Assembly: GCA_016840855.1 (NCBI GenBank)
Contig: JAEORO010000174.1
Location: 1-13,531 of the forward strand
Direction of reading: 5' to 3'
Length of the DNA stretch: 13,531 nt
Origin: Candidatus Thorarchaeota archaeon
GTDB taxonomy: Archaea > Asgardarchaeota > Thorarchaeia > Thorarchaeales > Thorarchaeaceae
Shown here in pieces: positions 1 through 8,218 of this stretch (position 1 is its first letter; each line of letters begins with the position of its first letter). A model generated the notes under the pieces. That model had not been told where the DNA came from. It ran no database searches and saw nothing but the letters and a program-made list of their open reading frames with translations. The translations under genes and the position numbers were made by a program.

Positions 1-131
1 CCGTGATAGGGATAGGTTTCATCATAGGGACTTCTGTTGCAGGTCTTGAAGTGATACTCCTATCTGCGGCAGTTCAGATTATTGCGTTCACTGCCATTGC
101 GCTCTTTGTGTTTGATAGAACTGAGCTATAG
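1..131 (+). CDS. 3' end of a membrane protein, probably an ABC-2 type transporter permease (truncated by window start)
   Basis: Frame starting at base 3 reads VIGIGFIIGTSVAGLEVILLSAAVQIIAFTAIALFVFDRTEL* with TAG at 129-131. A hydrophobic helix followed by an F-x-R-x-E-L tail is typical of ABC-2 permease C-termini. Confidence 0.6.
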   Translation, partial: VIGIGFIIGTSVAGLEVILLSAAVQIIAFTAIALFVFDRTEL

Positions 132-148
132 TTAGGAGAAATCACAAG

Positions 149-562
149 ATGAATTCAACTAAGATGATGGAGAGGTTTCAGCGATTTGTTTCAGCTGACC
201 TCTTCATCACCAATCTCAATAGGCTGCATCAGGTTTCAGAGGTTCTTCTCAAAACCAACACAGTACGTATCGTCCTGACGAGATATGAGTGCAGGGCCAA
301 GAATCTTGATGTTGATATTGAGGTTTCTCTACCTTCCCTGCCAGAAACTTCTGATGCGGCATTACTGCAAGAATCTATAGATAGTATAATCGGCAATCTC
401 GAATATCTGAAACGTCTCGTGTCCATCGGATTTTCCTTGCATATGCTCCAAGAGGAAGGAATCCTAATAGCTTCAGCAATCTTGAATAAGGATACAAAAG
501 AGAATGTATTCGAAGCGCTTGAACCTCCGACAAAATATCCTCTACAAGAGTCAAATCTCTAG
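149..562 (+). CDS. Hypothetical soluble protein (137 aa)
   Basis: AGGAG SD at 134-138, ATG 17 nt after the upstream stop, natural composition, T-run after the stop. No family motif recognised. Confidence 0.75.
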   Translation: MNSTKMMERFQRFVSADLFITNLNRLHQVSEVLLKTNTVRIVLTRYECRAKNLDVDIEVSLPSLPETSDAALLQESIDSIIGNLEYLKRLVSIGFSLHMLQEEGILIASAILNKDTKENVFEALEPPTKYPLQESNL

Positions 563-588
563 ATATTATCCAAATCTACTGCACGCCC

Positions 589-594
589 TTTTTT
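589..594 (+). terminator. Possible archaeal oligo-T terminator
   Basis: T6 run beginning 27 nt after the TAG of 149..562. Confidence 0.35.
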
Positions 595-781
595 ATTGGT
601 AGTGACATTTCCATATACCTTGTTTCCGCAAACTCCTCCAAAGAGGGTCTAGGGTCTAAATGTACATAGATAGAAAAGTAACTCTAGAAGCAGTATTTGA
701 TGGTTGCGTCAAGGTTTCTTCCAAATCGAAAGATGTTAAAGAGAGTATGAATCGAATAGGACCCTCGCTGGTGACCTGACT

Positions 782-1879
782 ATGAGGATTGGGATGTTTA
801 GTAAGTTTGGTGCACCAGATGGTCTATGTACCCGTGCGAACATTGTTGTCAAAGGGCTGATTGAGAAAGGACACGAAGTCCATGTCTTCACTCAAGCTAA
901 GGAAGTAGAGGGTGTCCCGAATGAGTATGTTCACCGGTTTCGTGCAGTACCAATGAATCCCCATTTTTCATTGGACTCCTTAAGCGCTCCTCGGATGATT
1001 GCAGAGGTATGTAAGGAACATGATATTGAAGTTTTACATGCTCAAATGAACTCAAGCACAACGGAAACTTTTCTCCCATTCTACAGAAAGTTTCTACCAC
1101 CACTTGTTGCGACCTTCCATCTTGCATATTCTTCAGGTCAGTCATTCTATACAACATGGTTCACACTTAGATGGCTAGCATCTCTCTTTTCTTTGAAAAA
1201 TTACGATGAAATAATACTCGTTGACCCCATGCAAAGACCACACATTCTGAATTATGGCATTCCGGAAAATAGGCTGACTGTAATCAGGAATGGCGTGAAC
1301 ACAGAAATGTTTAGTCCTGCTAAGAACAATCGAAATGATGGTATTCTCGATTTTGTGTATGTCGGTCGTTTGAGTCTTGACAAAGGGATTAGCACTTTGT
1401 TGGACGCATTTGCGAGATATCATGATGAGAATCCTGCATCAAGATTGACACTTATTGGCGATGGAAAGCTCAAAACGAAGATGAACAACTGTGTTCCTGA
1501 TGGCTCCATTAGCTGGTTGGGTGCTCTTGAACATGAATCGATTCCCACATATCTGAAGATGATGGATGTTTTTGTAATCCCTCAAAACATAGGGGGGTTG
1601 GGGATGAGTGTCTTGGAAGCAATGAGTTGTGGACTTCCGGTAATCACAACTGGCATTGGTGAAACTACTCGATTACTAGGAAGCAACGAGGGGATCTTGG
1701 TGAGACCACATCGTGTCCCTGAGGTTGTAAATGCAATGAGGCAAATGGGTCAAGACGAGTATGGCAGATTGGAGATGGGACGGCGTTGTCGCCAGAAGGT
1801 TTTGCGCAAATACACTTGGAATAAACAAATTGATGAAATTATAAAGGTCTATGAGCGGGCAATCACCCACCATAACTAG
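782..1879 (+). CDS. Glycosyltransferase family 4 (GT-B fold)
   Basis: MRIGMF start, GHEVHVFT, VIRNGVN, FVYVGRLSLDKG, LTLIGDG, LGMSVLEAMSCGLPVITT, KYTW. GGTGA SD at 770-774. Confidence 0.93.
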   Translation: MRIGMFSKFGAPDGLCTRANIVVKGLIEKGHEVHVFTQAKEVEGVPNEYVHRFRAVPMNPHFSLDSLSAPRMIAEVCKEHDIEVLHAQMNSSTTETFLPFYRKFLPPLVATFHLAYSSGQSFYTTWFTLRWLASLFSLKNYDEIILVDPMQRPHILNYGIPENRLTVIRNGVNTEMFSPAKNNRNDGILDFVYVGRLSLDKGISTLLDAFARYHDENPASRLTLIGDGKLKTKMNNCVPDGSISWLGALEHESIPTYLKMMDVFVIPQNIGGLGMSVLEAMSCGLPVITTGIGETTRLLGSNEGILVRPHRVPEVVNAMRQMGQDEYGRLEMGRRCRQKVLRKYTWNKQIDEIIKVYERAITHHN

Positions 1880-1994
1880 TTCTATCTATTTGAAGAATTG
1901 CCATGAAGGTAGATAGTACAAGTTTCGTTGATGAATTTTTGGAAAGACCCAATTGTGATTAGTGTTTGTCTTTCCCTTTTCTGGAGTGTAGAAT

Positions 1995-2600
1995 TCATGA
2001 CTTTATAATCTCAAAAAACACTCTGACAGCCATGTCGACAAAATCATCATCGTCACCAAAGTATCCTGGGAAGATGATTTGATAGGTTATGAGTAGTCCT
2101 ACAAGTTTCTGAATCGTTTCCTGTTTTTCTGTTAATTTATCAAGATCAACCATGGCGGATTTCGCCATGATACTTGAAAGCTGTCCCATTGCTTGTTGAA
2201 GTCCATCCGTGCTCTGATATTTCTTGACAAACTCAATGTATTCATTCGGGTTGGCGAGCATCTCACTTTGGATAGCTGAGAGGAAATATCTATCCGGCCT
2301 ACGAAGTTCTATGACTTTCTTGAATATCCATCGAAGTGTGTCGTCTAAGGTCATTCCTTTCTCGAGAAGGTTCTCCTCCCCTTGCTTTTGATTGAACTCC
2401 TCCACAAAATGCTCTGTCTGACGTGACAGAATCTCTGCTAGGATGTCTACCTTCCCTTTAGGAAAATGGTAGTAGAGTGTGCCCACACTCACCTTCGCGA
2501 CATATGCTACCTCGTTCACATTAAGTTCTGAATACCCCTTCTTTTCTATCAACTTTCGCGCTGTTTCGATAATTGATTGCTTTGCCCTAGATTTTCTCAT
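1995..2600 (-). CDS. TetR/AcrR family transcriptional regulator
   Basis: N-terminal HTH IIETARKLIEKKGYSELNVNEVAYVAKVSVGTLYYHFPKGK; 201 aa; divergent from the amidohydrolase gene. Confidence 0.93.
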   Translation of the reverse strand: MRKSRAKQSIIETARKLIEKKGYSELNVNEVAYVAKVSVGTLYYHFPKGKVDILAEILSRQTEHFVEEFNQKQGEENLLEKGMTLDDTLRWIFKKVIELRRPDRYFLSAIQSEMLANPNEYIEFVKKYQSTDGLQQAMGQLSSIMAKSAMVDLDKLTEKQETIQKLVGLLITYQIIFPGYFGDDDDFVDMAVRVFFEIIKS

Positions 2601-2625
2601 CTTGATGTTGAATAATGTGCGTATA

Positions 2626-2633
2626 GATATAAA
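2626..2633 (-). promoter_or_regulatory. TATA box for the tetR gene (probably leaderless transcript)
   Basis: Minus strand reads TTTATATC, ending 25 nt before the ATG at 2600; no SD visible. Confidence 0.55.
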
Positions 2634-2638
2634 GAATT

Positions 2639-2657
2639 CGAATTCGAGTCATATTCG
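2639..2657. promoter_or_regulatory. Candidate TetR operator, degenerate copy
   Basis: CGAATTCGAGTCATATTCG matches the palindrome at 2692-2710 at 16 of 19 positions and lies between the two divergent TATA boxes. Confidence 0.55.
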
Positions 2658-2662
2658 AATAT

Positions 2663-2670
2663 TTTATAAG
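2663..2670 (+). promoter_or_regulatory. TATA box for the amidohydrolase gene
   Basis: TTTATAAG; predicted TSS near 2690-2696. Confidence 0.6.
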
Positions 2671-2691
2671 GGTTCGCGCTCAATTCATAAA

Positions 2692-2710
2692 CGAATTCGA
2701 TTCGAATTCG
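2692..2710. promoter_or_regulatory. Candidate TetR operator, perfect palindrome
   Basis: CGAATTCGA-T-TCGAATTCG has perfect 9-bp arms and overlaps the predicted TSS of the amidohydrolase gene. Confidence 0.7.
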
Positions 2711-2729
2711 ATTAGTGTGGTTAATTAAA

Positions 2730-3728
2730 ATGTCTGACAACTATGGTTGGATTGATTTACATCACCATCTCATACCAAGCTTCTATGTGAAGGCTCTAGA
2801 AAATAAGGGAATCACAGATCTTTCAGGAGTACCAATTCCCATATACAATCCTGAAGAATGCCTAAAAGACATGGACAAGGTGGGAATAGACAAGGCAATA
2901 CTCTCGATACCTGCCTCTGGCTTGCATATCAAACATAACGAGTTCTTTGGAAACTTGGCTAGAGAAACAAATACCTATCTCGCAGAGATAGTACGAGAAC
3001 ATCCCACACGTTTTGGTGCCCTTGCATCCGTACCTCTACCCGACATAGATGGATCTTTTACAGAATTAGAGTACGCAATGGATGAGCTTCGCCTCGATGG
3101 TGTAGTTCTCTTATCTAACTCTGATGGGCTCTATTTGGGAGATGCAGAGCTTGAGGATTTCTTTGCAGAACTGAATCGACGTAGGGCTGTTGTCTTTGTT
3201 CATCCTGATGACCCACCATTTGCTGATATGAGAAAACCCGATGTCCCAGTTGTTCATATTGAATGGCCCTTTGACACCACCCGAGCTGTTGCAAATATGG
3301 TGTACAATGGAGTACTTGATAGGAACCCAAACATCAGATTCATACTCCCACATGGTGGTGGAGCAGTTCCGTATCTGGCATGGAGAATCAGTATCTTAGA
3401 ATACCGGCAGCGCGATAAGGTGAAGAAGATGCGGTCTCTCTACGACCTAATACTCAGAAAACAAGGTCCAGCAGCAGGATTGCGGCTTTTGAAGAATATG
3501 TACTATGACACAACTGCTGTGACTACTCCTAGTTCGCTGCGAACTCTCATGGAGTTACTAGATCTTACTCATATTGTACTTGGAACAGACCTTGGTGCAG
3601 CTCCGAGACTGATGGCATCCCTTGTCTTGAGTGATTTGAAATCTTTTGATGGCTTTAGTGAAGATGATCTAAGAACTATTGCAAGAACCGGTGCTTTAGA
3701 TCTATTTCCAAGACTATCCTCTGTGTAG
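2730..3728 (+). CDS. Amidohydrolase_2 family metal-dependent protein (ACMSD / aromatic acid decarboxylase-like)
   Basis: IDLHHH (HxH), MDKVGIDKAILS, HPTRFGALA, VFVHP, FDTTRA, LPHGGGAVPYL, YYDT, LGTD. ATG 2730 preferred over GTG 2715. Confidence 0.9.
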   Translation: MSDNYGWIDLHHHLIPSFYVKALENKGITDLSGVPIPIYNPEECLKDMDKVGIDKAILSIPASGLHIKHNEFFGNLARETNTYLAEIVREHPTRFGALASVPLPDIDGSFTELEYAMDELRLDGVVLLSNSDGLYLGDAELEDFFAELNRRRAVVFVHPDDPPFADMRKPDVPVVHIEWPFDTTRAVANMVYNGVLDRNPNIRFILPHGGGAVPYLAWRISILEYRQRDKVKKMRSLYDLILRKQGPAAGLRLLKNMYYDTTAVTTPSSLRTLMELLDLTHIVLGTDLGAAPRLMASLVLSDLKSFDGFSEDDLRTIARTGALDLFPRLSSV

Positions 3729-3830
3729 AGGTCTGTGATGAAATCCGACTCATTTCAAGCGAACAGGCTTATCTCAGAGAATTGTGAACCGCACTCTTAT
3801 GGTATATCAAAAGGCTACTATCATATTTCA

Positions 3831-4367
3831 TCATTCCGTAAGGGGCGATTCATGGATTTCCGTCTGATTATGCCTTTCCCAAGGTGTCGAAGGAACAAAT
3901 GGAGGATATATCCTGATTATTAGATACCCTATCAGAAGTAGAAATGGCAATGGGAGATAGATTTCGTTGAATAATGGGGTCAATATAGAGCTAATGTAGT
4001 TAGGTATGTTTAGCATGACTAAAAACAGCTCACTTACAATTCCACAAGATATCGCAGCTCTTCTCGAAGTCTTACCATTGTACAGTCTGTAGAGTTGAAA
4101 TACAAAGAGAAACCTAAGAACAATCAATGGCAAGAGTCCTATTCCTGAAGCTAGATTCACTGTAGGTGGTACCATTGAGCCCCCGTCAATTGGGATTGGT
4201 GAACCTATAAAGACTGTCCAAACCACGCCAATTACACTAGCCGCAAATTCACCTAGCGGATGCGAGATTACATTCATTCCTACAGGACTAACTATAGCCA
4301 CAATTGCTGATAACAATACCAACTGTATTGACCTTGTGCGATACTTGGAATTATCATATTCAGACAT
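3831..4367 (-). CDS. Uncharacterised multi-pass membrane protein (about 4-5 TM)
   Basis: Several hydrophobic segments and a Pro-rich C-tail (PPFVPSTPW). GGTGAT SD at 4380-4375 supports ATG 4367 rather than GTG 4382. Tandem TGA TGA stop. Confidence 0.8.
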   Translation of the reverse strand: MSEYDNSKYRTRSIQLVLLSAIVAIVSPVGMNVISHPLGEFAASVIGVVWTVFIGSPIPIDGGSMVPPTVNLASGIGLLPLIVLRFLFVFQLYRLYNGKTSRRAAISCGIVSELFLVMLNIPNYISSILTPLFNEIYLPLPFLLLIGYLIIRIYPPFVPSTPWERHNQTEIHESPLTE

Positions 4368-4479
4368 GAGTCGTATCACCACAAATAATGAAGTAATTCA
4401 ATCAGCTGCTCTAACGAATATAACTTCCATTTTCCAAGTAATGCTGTTTCAATCAGGTTAAACTAGAGTTATGGTTTCT

Positions 4480-5157
4480 CTATGAGTTGATTACAGCATA
4501 TGCACGAACAGGAAATGCTGCTGCTCCTGTGTATTTGACTGGTGCTGCGTGGAGCACGAACTTTTCTCTTGGCAGTTGTTCTAAATTTGTAAGATTTTCA
4601 ACTATCAGAACCTCATTCTTCAATAGTTTATGGTGAACAGGACGTCTAGGGTTATTCTTGTCATCTACCACAAGAAAATCTACACCAACCAGTTTCGTTC
4701 CTCTCTCTATGAGAGCAGTCGCTAGGTCTTCAGTCAAGTGTGGTCCTTCTTTGTACTTTGCGCTTTTCCAATATCTACTCCAACCGGTATGAAACAGGGC
4801 TGCTTTTCCCTCTATATCCTGGTCTGCAATCGCACTTGGTCCGATTGGTTCCTCCGATGTAGCAGTTGTGCAATCAATTACTACACCCTCTAGAACTAGC
4901 TGAGTCAGATCAAGAGATTCGATTGATTTTGCTCCTGGATGAAAGTGAAAAGGACTATCAAGATAGGTTCCAATACTGGTCACAAACCTGACTTCGCTTA
5001 TCTCGCATGTACAACCCTCGTAAATGCCACTCCGACTTGATTCTTCATGACTCAACCATGAAGAACAGACTGGTTTTGGAGCTCTCTCACTGAAGAGTGA
5101 GATGTCTTTTTCAATCGAATGGCTTAGATCAATCAACTTCAAGATTCGCATCTCCAT
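4480..5157 (-). CDS. Cyclase family protein (kynurenine formamidase KynB-like fold, variant metal motif)
   Basis: LIDLSH, SIGTYLDSPFHF (canonical HxGTHxDxPxHF), LFHTGW, LVGVD, VHHKLL, LIVENLTNL, APVK...AFPVRAYA. Confidence 0.9.
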   Translation of the reverse strand: MEMRILKLIDLSHSIEKDISLFSERAPKPVCSSWLSHEESSRSGIYEGCTCEISEVRFVTSIGTYLDSPFHFHPGAKSIESLDLTQLVLEGVVIDCTTATSEEPIGPSAIADQDIEGKAALFHTGWSRYWKSAKYKEGPHLTEDLATALIERGTKLVGVDFLVVDDKNNPRRPVHHKLLKNEVLIVENLTNLEQLPREKFVLHAAPVKYTGAAAFPVRAYAVINS

Positions 5158-5272
5158 TACTCGGCTACAAAATGATTAACTCCTTTGCTATGTTTGTCAA
5201 TCGCTGAAGATTATCTAGGAATACAGGTATCTGTGTCTTCGCAGATTGCTGAATGAATCAGTTCCATACTTC

Positions 5273-6004
5273 CTATTTTCTGCGGGGGCTATTTCTAACC
5301 TCTTCAAGACTTTCAAGAGGCCATCCTGTTGGAGTTTCATAGTCTTTTAGAAATCTAAAATCGCATCTAGCATGACCCATTGCAAGGGTTTGAGTTCTTC
5401 TAAAACCTATACCGAGTGCTCTCATTCTTACAAAGTCACAAAGACAACCATAAGGTGCAATCTCCTCACATCCGTATTCACGTGCCAATTTCAAGAACCC
5501 GCAATCTATGAAATTAAAGCCAAATTCAAAGTCCTTTCCATTCCCCTCTACGAATTCACCAACCCAGTTCTTTGTAAATTCACGGTTTTGACTCTCTTCC
5601 ATAGCTTTCCTCCATCGATCTCTGTAAGAGTTACTGAATACCAAACGTCGTGCAAACCACTTCTTGAATCGTGAGATTGTTTGCATTTGAGCCTCTGCAA
5701 TTTCATATATCAGCTCGCCAATCTGCTCTTTCTCTAAGCCTATATTCTTGCAAGCATGATAGAACGCAATGGTTTGGCCTGCCTGAATCATTAGAGGTGT
5801 AAATGGACTCTTCTCGCCGCCAACATAGGGAAGTTGAGGAATTAATCTCGCATATTCATCTCTCGACTGAAGTGCCAATTGCTCAATTGTTTCATCGTCA
5901 AAAAATTTGACGTTCACTTTTCTAGCAATTCTCAATAGACTATCAAAGTCATCGAGTAAAGCCTTGTTATCATAAACTTGATTTTGACCTGTGCGCGCTT
6001 CCAT
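5273..6004 (-). CDS. L-2-amino-thiazoline-4-carboxylic acid hydrolase family protein (actual substrate unknown)
   Basis: LIPQLPYVGG, WVGEFVEGNGKDFEFGFNFIDCG, IAPYGCLCDF, FRRTQTLAMGHARCDFRF. GGGAG SD upstream on the minus strand. Confidence 0.85.
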   Translation of the reverse strand: MEARTGQNQVYDNKALLDDFDSLLRIARKVNVKFFDDETIEQLALQSRDEYARLIPQLPYVGGEKSPFTPLMIQAGQTIAFYHACKNIGLEKEQIGELIYEIAEAQMQTISRFKKWFARRLVFSNSYRDRWRKAMEESQNREFTKNWVGEFVEGNGKDFEFGFNFIDCGFLKLAREYGCEEIAPYGCLCDFVRMRALGIGFRRTQTLAMGHARCDFRFLKDYETPTGWPLESLEEVRNSPRRK

Positions 6005-6119
6005 CTCTACTCCCGTCCAGTTCGCAATTCTCTGCTCTTTTAGGAATGATGTTCAAAGCAAACTTATTGAAAAACTCAAAATCAGAATCATTTAATATCA
6101 AAAATCCAAGGGGCAACTC

Positions 6120-6323
6120 ATGCCGATTGTTGACGTTAAAGTATGGAAAGGCATTTCAAAAGATGCTGTAGAACATATTATCTCAGGGATTACCAAGGTT
6201 TTTGTCGAGCTTGGAATTCCAGAACGAGCTGTTGAGGTCATTGTTCATGAGATTCCCAAGACTCATTGGGGGATTGGCGGAAGCCCGACCTCAAAAATGA
6301 TGCCCGATGAAACGCCTCCTTAG
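6120..6323 (+). CDS. 4-oxalocrotonate tautomerase family protein (DmpI-like)
   Basis: 67 aa, Met-Pro start giving catalytic Pro1, VEVIVHEIPKTHWGIGG C-terminal motif. Confidence 0.9.
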   Translation: MPIVDVKVWKGISKDAVEHIISGITKVFVELGIPERAVEVIVHEIPKTHWGIGGSPTSKMMPDETPP

Positions 6324-6441
6324 ACTATTATTGAATGCACTTTTTCAACTTGATGAAAGAATATGGCAAAAAGTCGAAATGGGATCCGATTGTGGGGATG
6401 CATTTCTGAGTCATAAATCTAACCTGTTAGGATGATTTCTC

Positions 6442-7470
6442 CTAATTCATCCTTGACATCAACTGCATCAACATCTCTTCATTAGATACTCTATGAGTTT
6501 CATTCAGCTTTCTTGTCCTTCTCCATTGATATGCGTGATTTATCCCGAATATAATGAAACCAATAATAAACAAGGCTGGAACAGGCAATACAATCCAACT
6601 TCCCGGATGCGACCCTGTATAATTCGACCAAACACAAGTAATCGTAACTGTCAGAACATGTACAAAACCAGCGGCAAGCACCTGTGTGGTTCCTTTTCGA
6701 TTAATTTGATACCTACAAACAAACCATGCGAATACTATAGCCGGTAGTATCTGGAATATCATGGCAAGACTAGTATACATTGATGATATAGTGAATCTAA
6801 ACCAAGAATTTTGCCCCCAAAGATTGCCATCCACATTACTATACATGGTCCAGGCAGCTGAGTAAAGAGAAAATCCCTCAAAGAAATTTTGGTTTAAATC
6901 GGTGCTCCTCCAATTGATGATCTCTTGCGTCATTGGGAATAGGAGAACTGACACAGAGAGCACCACTCCTGCGACTTTCTTTCCAAGCGTAGACTCCTGA
7001 GATTTGGTATAGACTAATACTCGCCACAATAGAGGGAGGAGCACCATGCCTGTGAATACAAGGCCAGAGAAAGGTACTAGATCAATGAAATCGGGTACAA
7101 TAGCGATTACGACATCAAAGAACCAAGGTAGAACGGCCCACATCGGAAGATAGAGCAACAGTATCAGTGTAAGGATCACCATCAGTATTCCAGTTGAACC
7201 CAGTAATTCGGGGACCTTCATATCTCGCATTTTATAGAGCCAAAGGAAACAAGGAATACAGATTAGTAGTGAGGGTAACAAGTAACTAGGATGCGGGAGG
7301 TATTGAAAGGATAATGTGCCCGCAGAAGAATCGTACCTGGCCTCAAAAAGGATTGCGCTGAAATCGAATCGATTGTTTAGACCACTGATGCTGTAAGGAA
7401 TAAAGAATAAAACAATGGTCCACGCAACTAGAAAGAGCGCCCTCTTTACGTCTGATACCCACACACTCAT
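6442..7470 (-). CDS. Uncharacterised polytopic membrane protein (about 8 TM, possibly two repeats)
   Basis: Many hydrophobic segments. GGTGAT SD at 7480-7475 supports ATG 7470 rather than TTG 7482. Confidence 0.8.
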   Translation of the reverse strand: MSVWVSDVKRALFLVAWTIVLFFIPYSISGLNNRFDFSAILFEARYDSSAGTLSFQYLPHPSYLLPSLLICIPCFLWLYKMRDMKVPELLGSTGILMVILTLILLLYLPMWAVLPWFFDVVIAIVPDFIDLVPFSGLVFTGMVLLPLLWRVLVYTKSQESTLGKKVAGVVLSVSVLLFPMTQEIINWRSTDLNQNFFEGFSLYSAAWTMYSNVDGNLWGQNSWFRFTISSMYTSLAMIFQILPAIVFAWFVCRYQINRKGTTQVLAAGFVHVLTVTITCVWSNYTGSHPGSWIVLPVPALFIIGFIIFGINHAYQWRRTRKLNETHRVSNEEMLMQLMSRMN

Positions 7471-7527
7471 GTGCATCACCAATATGCAATTCTACTTAAG
7501 GAGTGAATAAGTTCTGTAATGCAAAAC

Positions 7528-7550
7528 ATGCAGTCAATTAATGACTGTAT
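7528..7550. promoter_or_regulatory. Inverted repeat, candidate operator
   Basis: ATG-CAGTCA-ATTAA-TGACTG-TAT near-perfect palindrome overlapping a TATA-like GTATAAA (7547-7553). Confidence 0.6.
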
Positions 7551-7577
7551 AAACTCTGATAATGGTGGGATCTCCTT

Positions 7578-8207
7578 ATGGAGGAACTGGAAAAAGTACA
7601 ACAAGCTCAGAGTATTGTTGAGCGTTATGATGAATACGTCTTCAGAAAGACTTGGGGAAGAGTGCTAATTGCCATTGGTTTGGTGTTACCACTTAGTGCC
7701 TTAGTATCCTCGAGTTCTGTTTCAATCGCAATGGAAAGTTTGTTTGCTTCAATAGTCATCTCGTTTTGGGCTAATATTATAACTCTAGTCTTATGTTTGG
7801 GCTTTGTCACATTTGCTCTCTTCGTGTCTTGGAATATTATAAAGCAAAACCCTCGACGAGGATACATTGACTCTAAGCACAAACTTGCGATTTGTATAGT
7901 ATGGTTTGCAACATTTGTGCTTGCTTTTCTGTTTCCTGAGCCATTACGCCTTGTTTCTATTCTTTGGGCTGCTAGTATATCAACTCTCTTCACTCTTGCG
8001 AATCTCAAAGCAGTTGGATTGGATAGAAGAGACAGTATCCTGCTTTATCTGGTTTCCGTGCTTTTTCTAGCTTCGATTCCTATTTTTCTCTTCTCTGGTA
8101 TTCCATTCTCAGAATACATTGTTATAGCTGCTCTTTCTATGAGCTTTATTCTTGCAGGAATTGCATCAAACCGGTCAGCTTCTTGGATCTTGCAGTATGC
8201 TACATAG
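7578..8207 (+). CDS. Uncharacterised membrane protein (about 6 TM) co-transcribed with a wHTH regulator
   Basis: Short soluble N-terminus followed by six hydrophobic segments; GGTGG SD at 7564-7568. Confidence 0.82.
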   Translation: MEELEKVQQAQSIVERYDEYVFRKTWGRVLIAIGLVLPLSALVSSSSVSIAMESLFASIVISFWANIITLVLCLGFVTFALFVSWNIIKQNPRRGYIDSKHKLAICIVWFATFVLAFLFPEPLRLVSILWAASISTLFTLANLKAVGLDRRDSILLYLVSVLFLASIPIFLFSGIPFSEYIVIAALSMSFILAGIASNRSASWILQYAT

Positions 8208-8218
8208 TCTTCTATCGA

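Noticed and set aside
644-657. AGGGTCT tandem duplication in the intergenic region
   Set aside because: A two-copy 7-mer is within chance expectation; no transposon ends or transposase nearby.
2634-2713. GAATTCGA repeats as a CRISPR array, or as EcoRI linker artefact
   Set aside because: Repeats are too short with no spacers. Their placement relative to two TATA boxes and intact flanking genes fits an operator better, although reads were not available to check.
3735-3923. 62-aa ORF after the amidohydrolase gene
   Set aside because: Overlaps the convergent membrane gene by 93 bp and has no protein-like motif; weak support only.
5229-5246. Small hairpin ATCTGTG-TCTT-CGCAGAT between ATC-hydrolase and cyclase genes
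   Set aside because: Short stem, weaker on the transcribed minus strand, and no U-tract; function unsupported.
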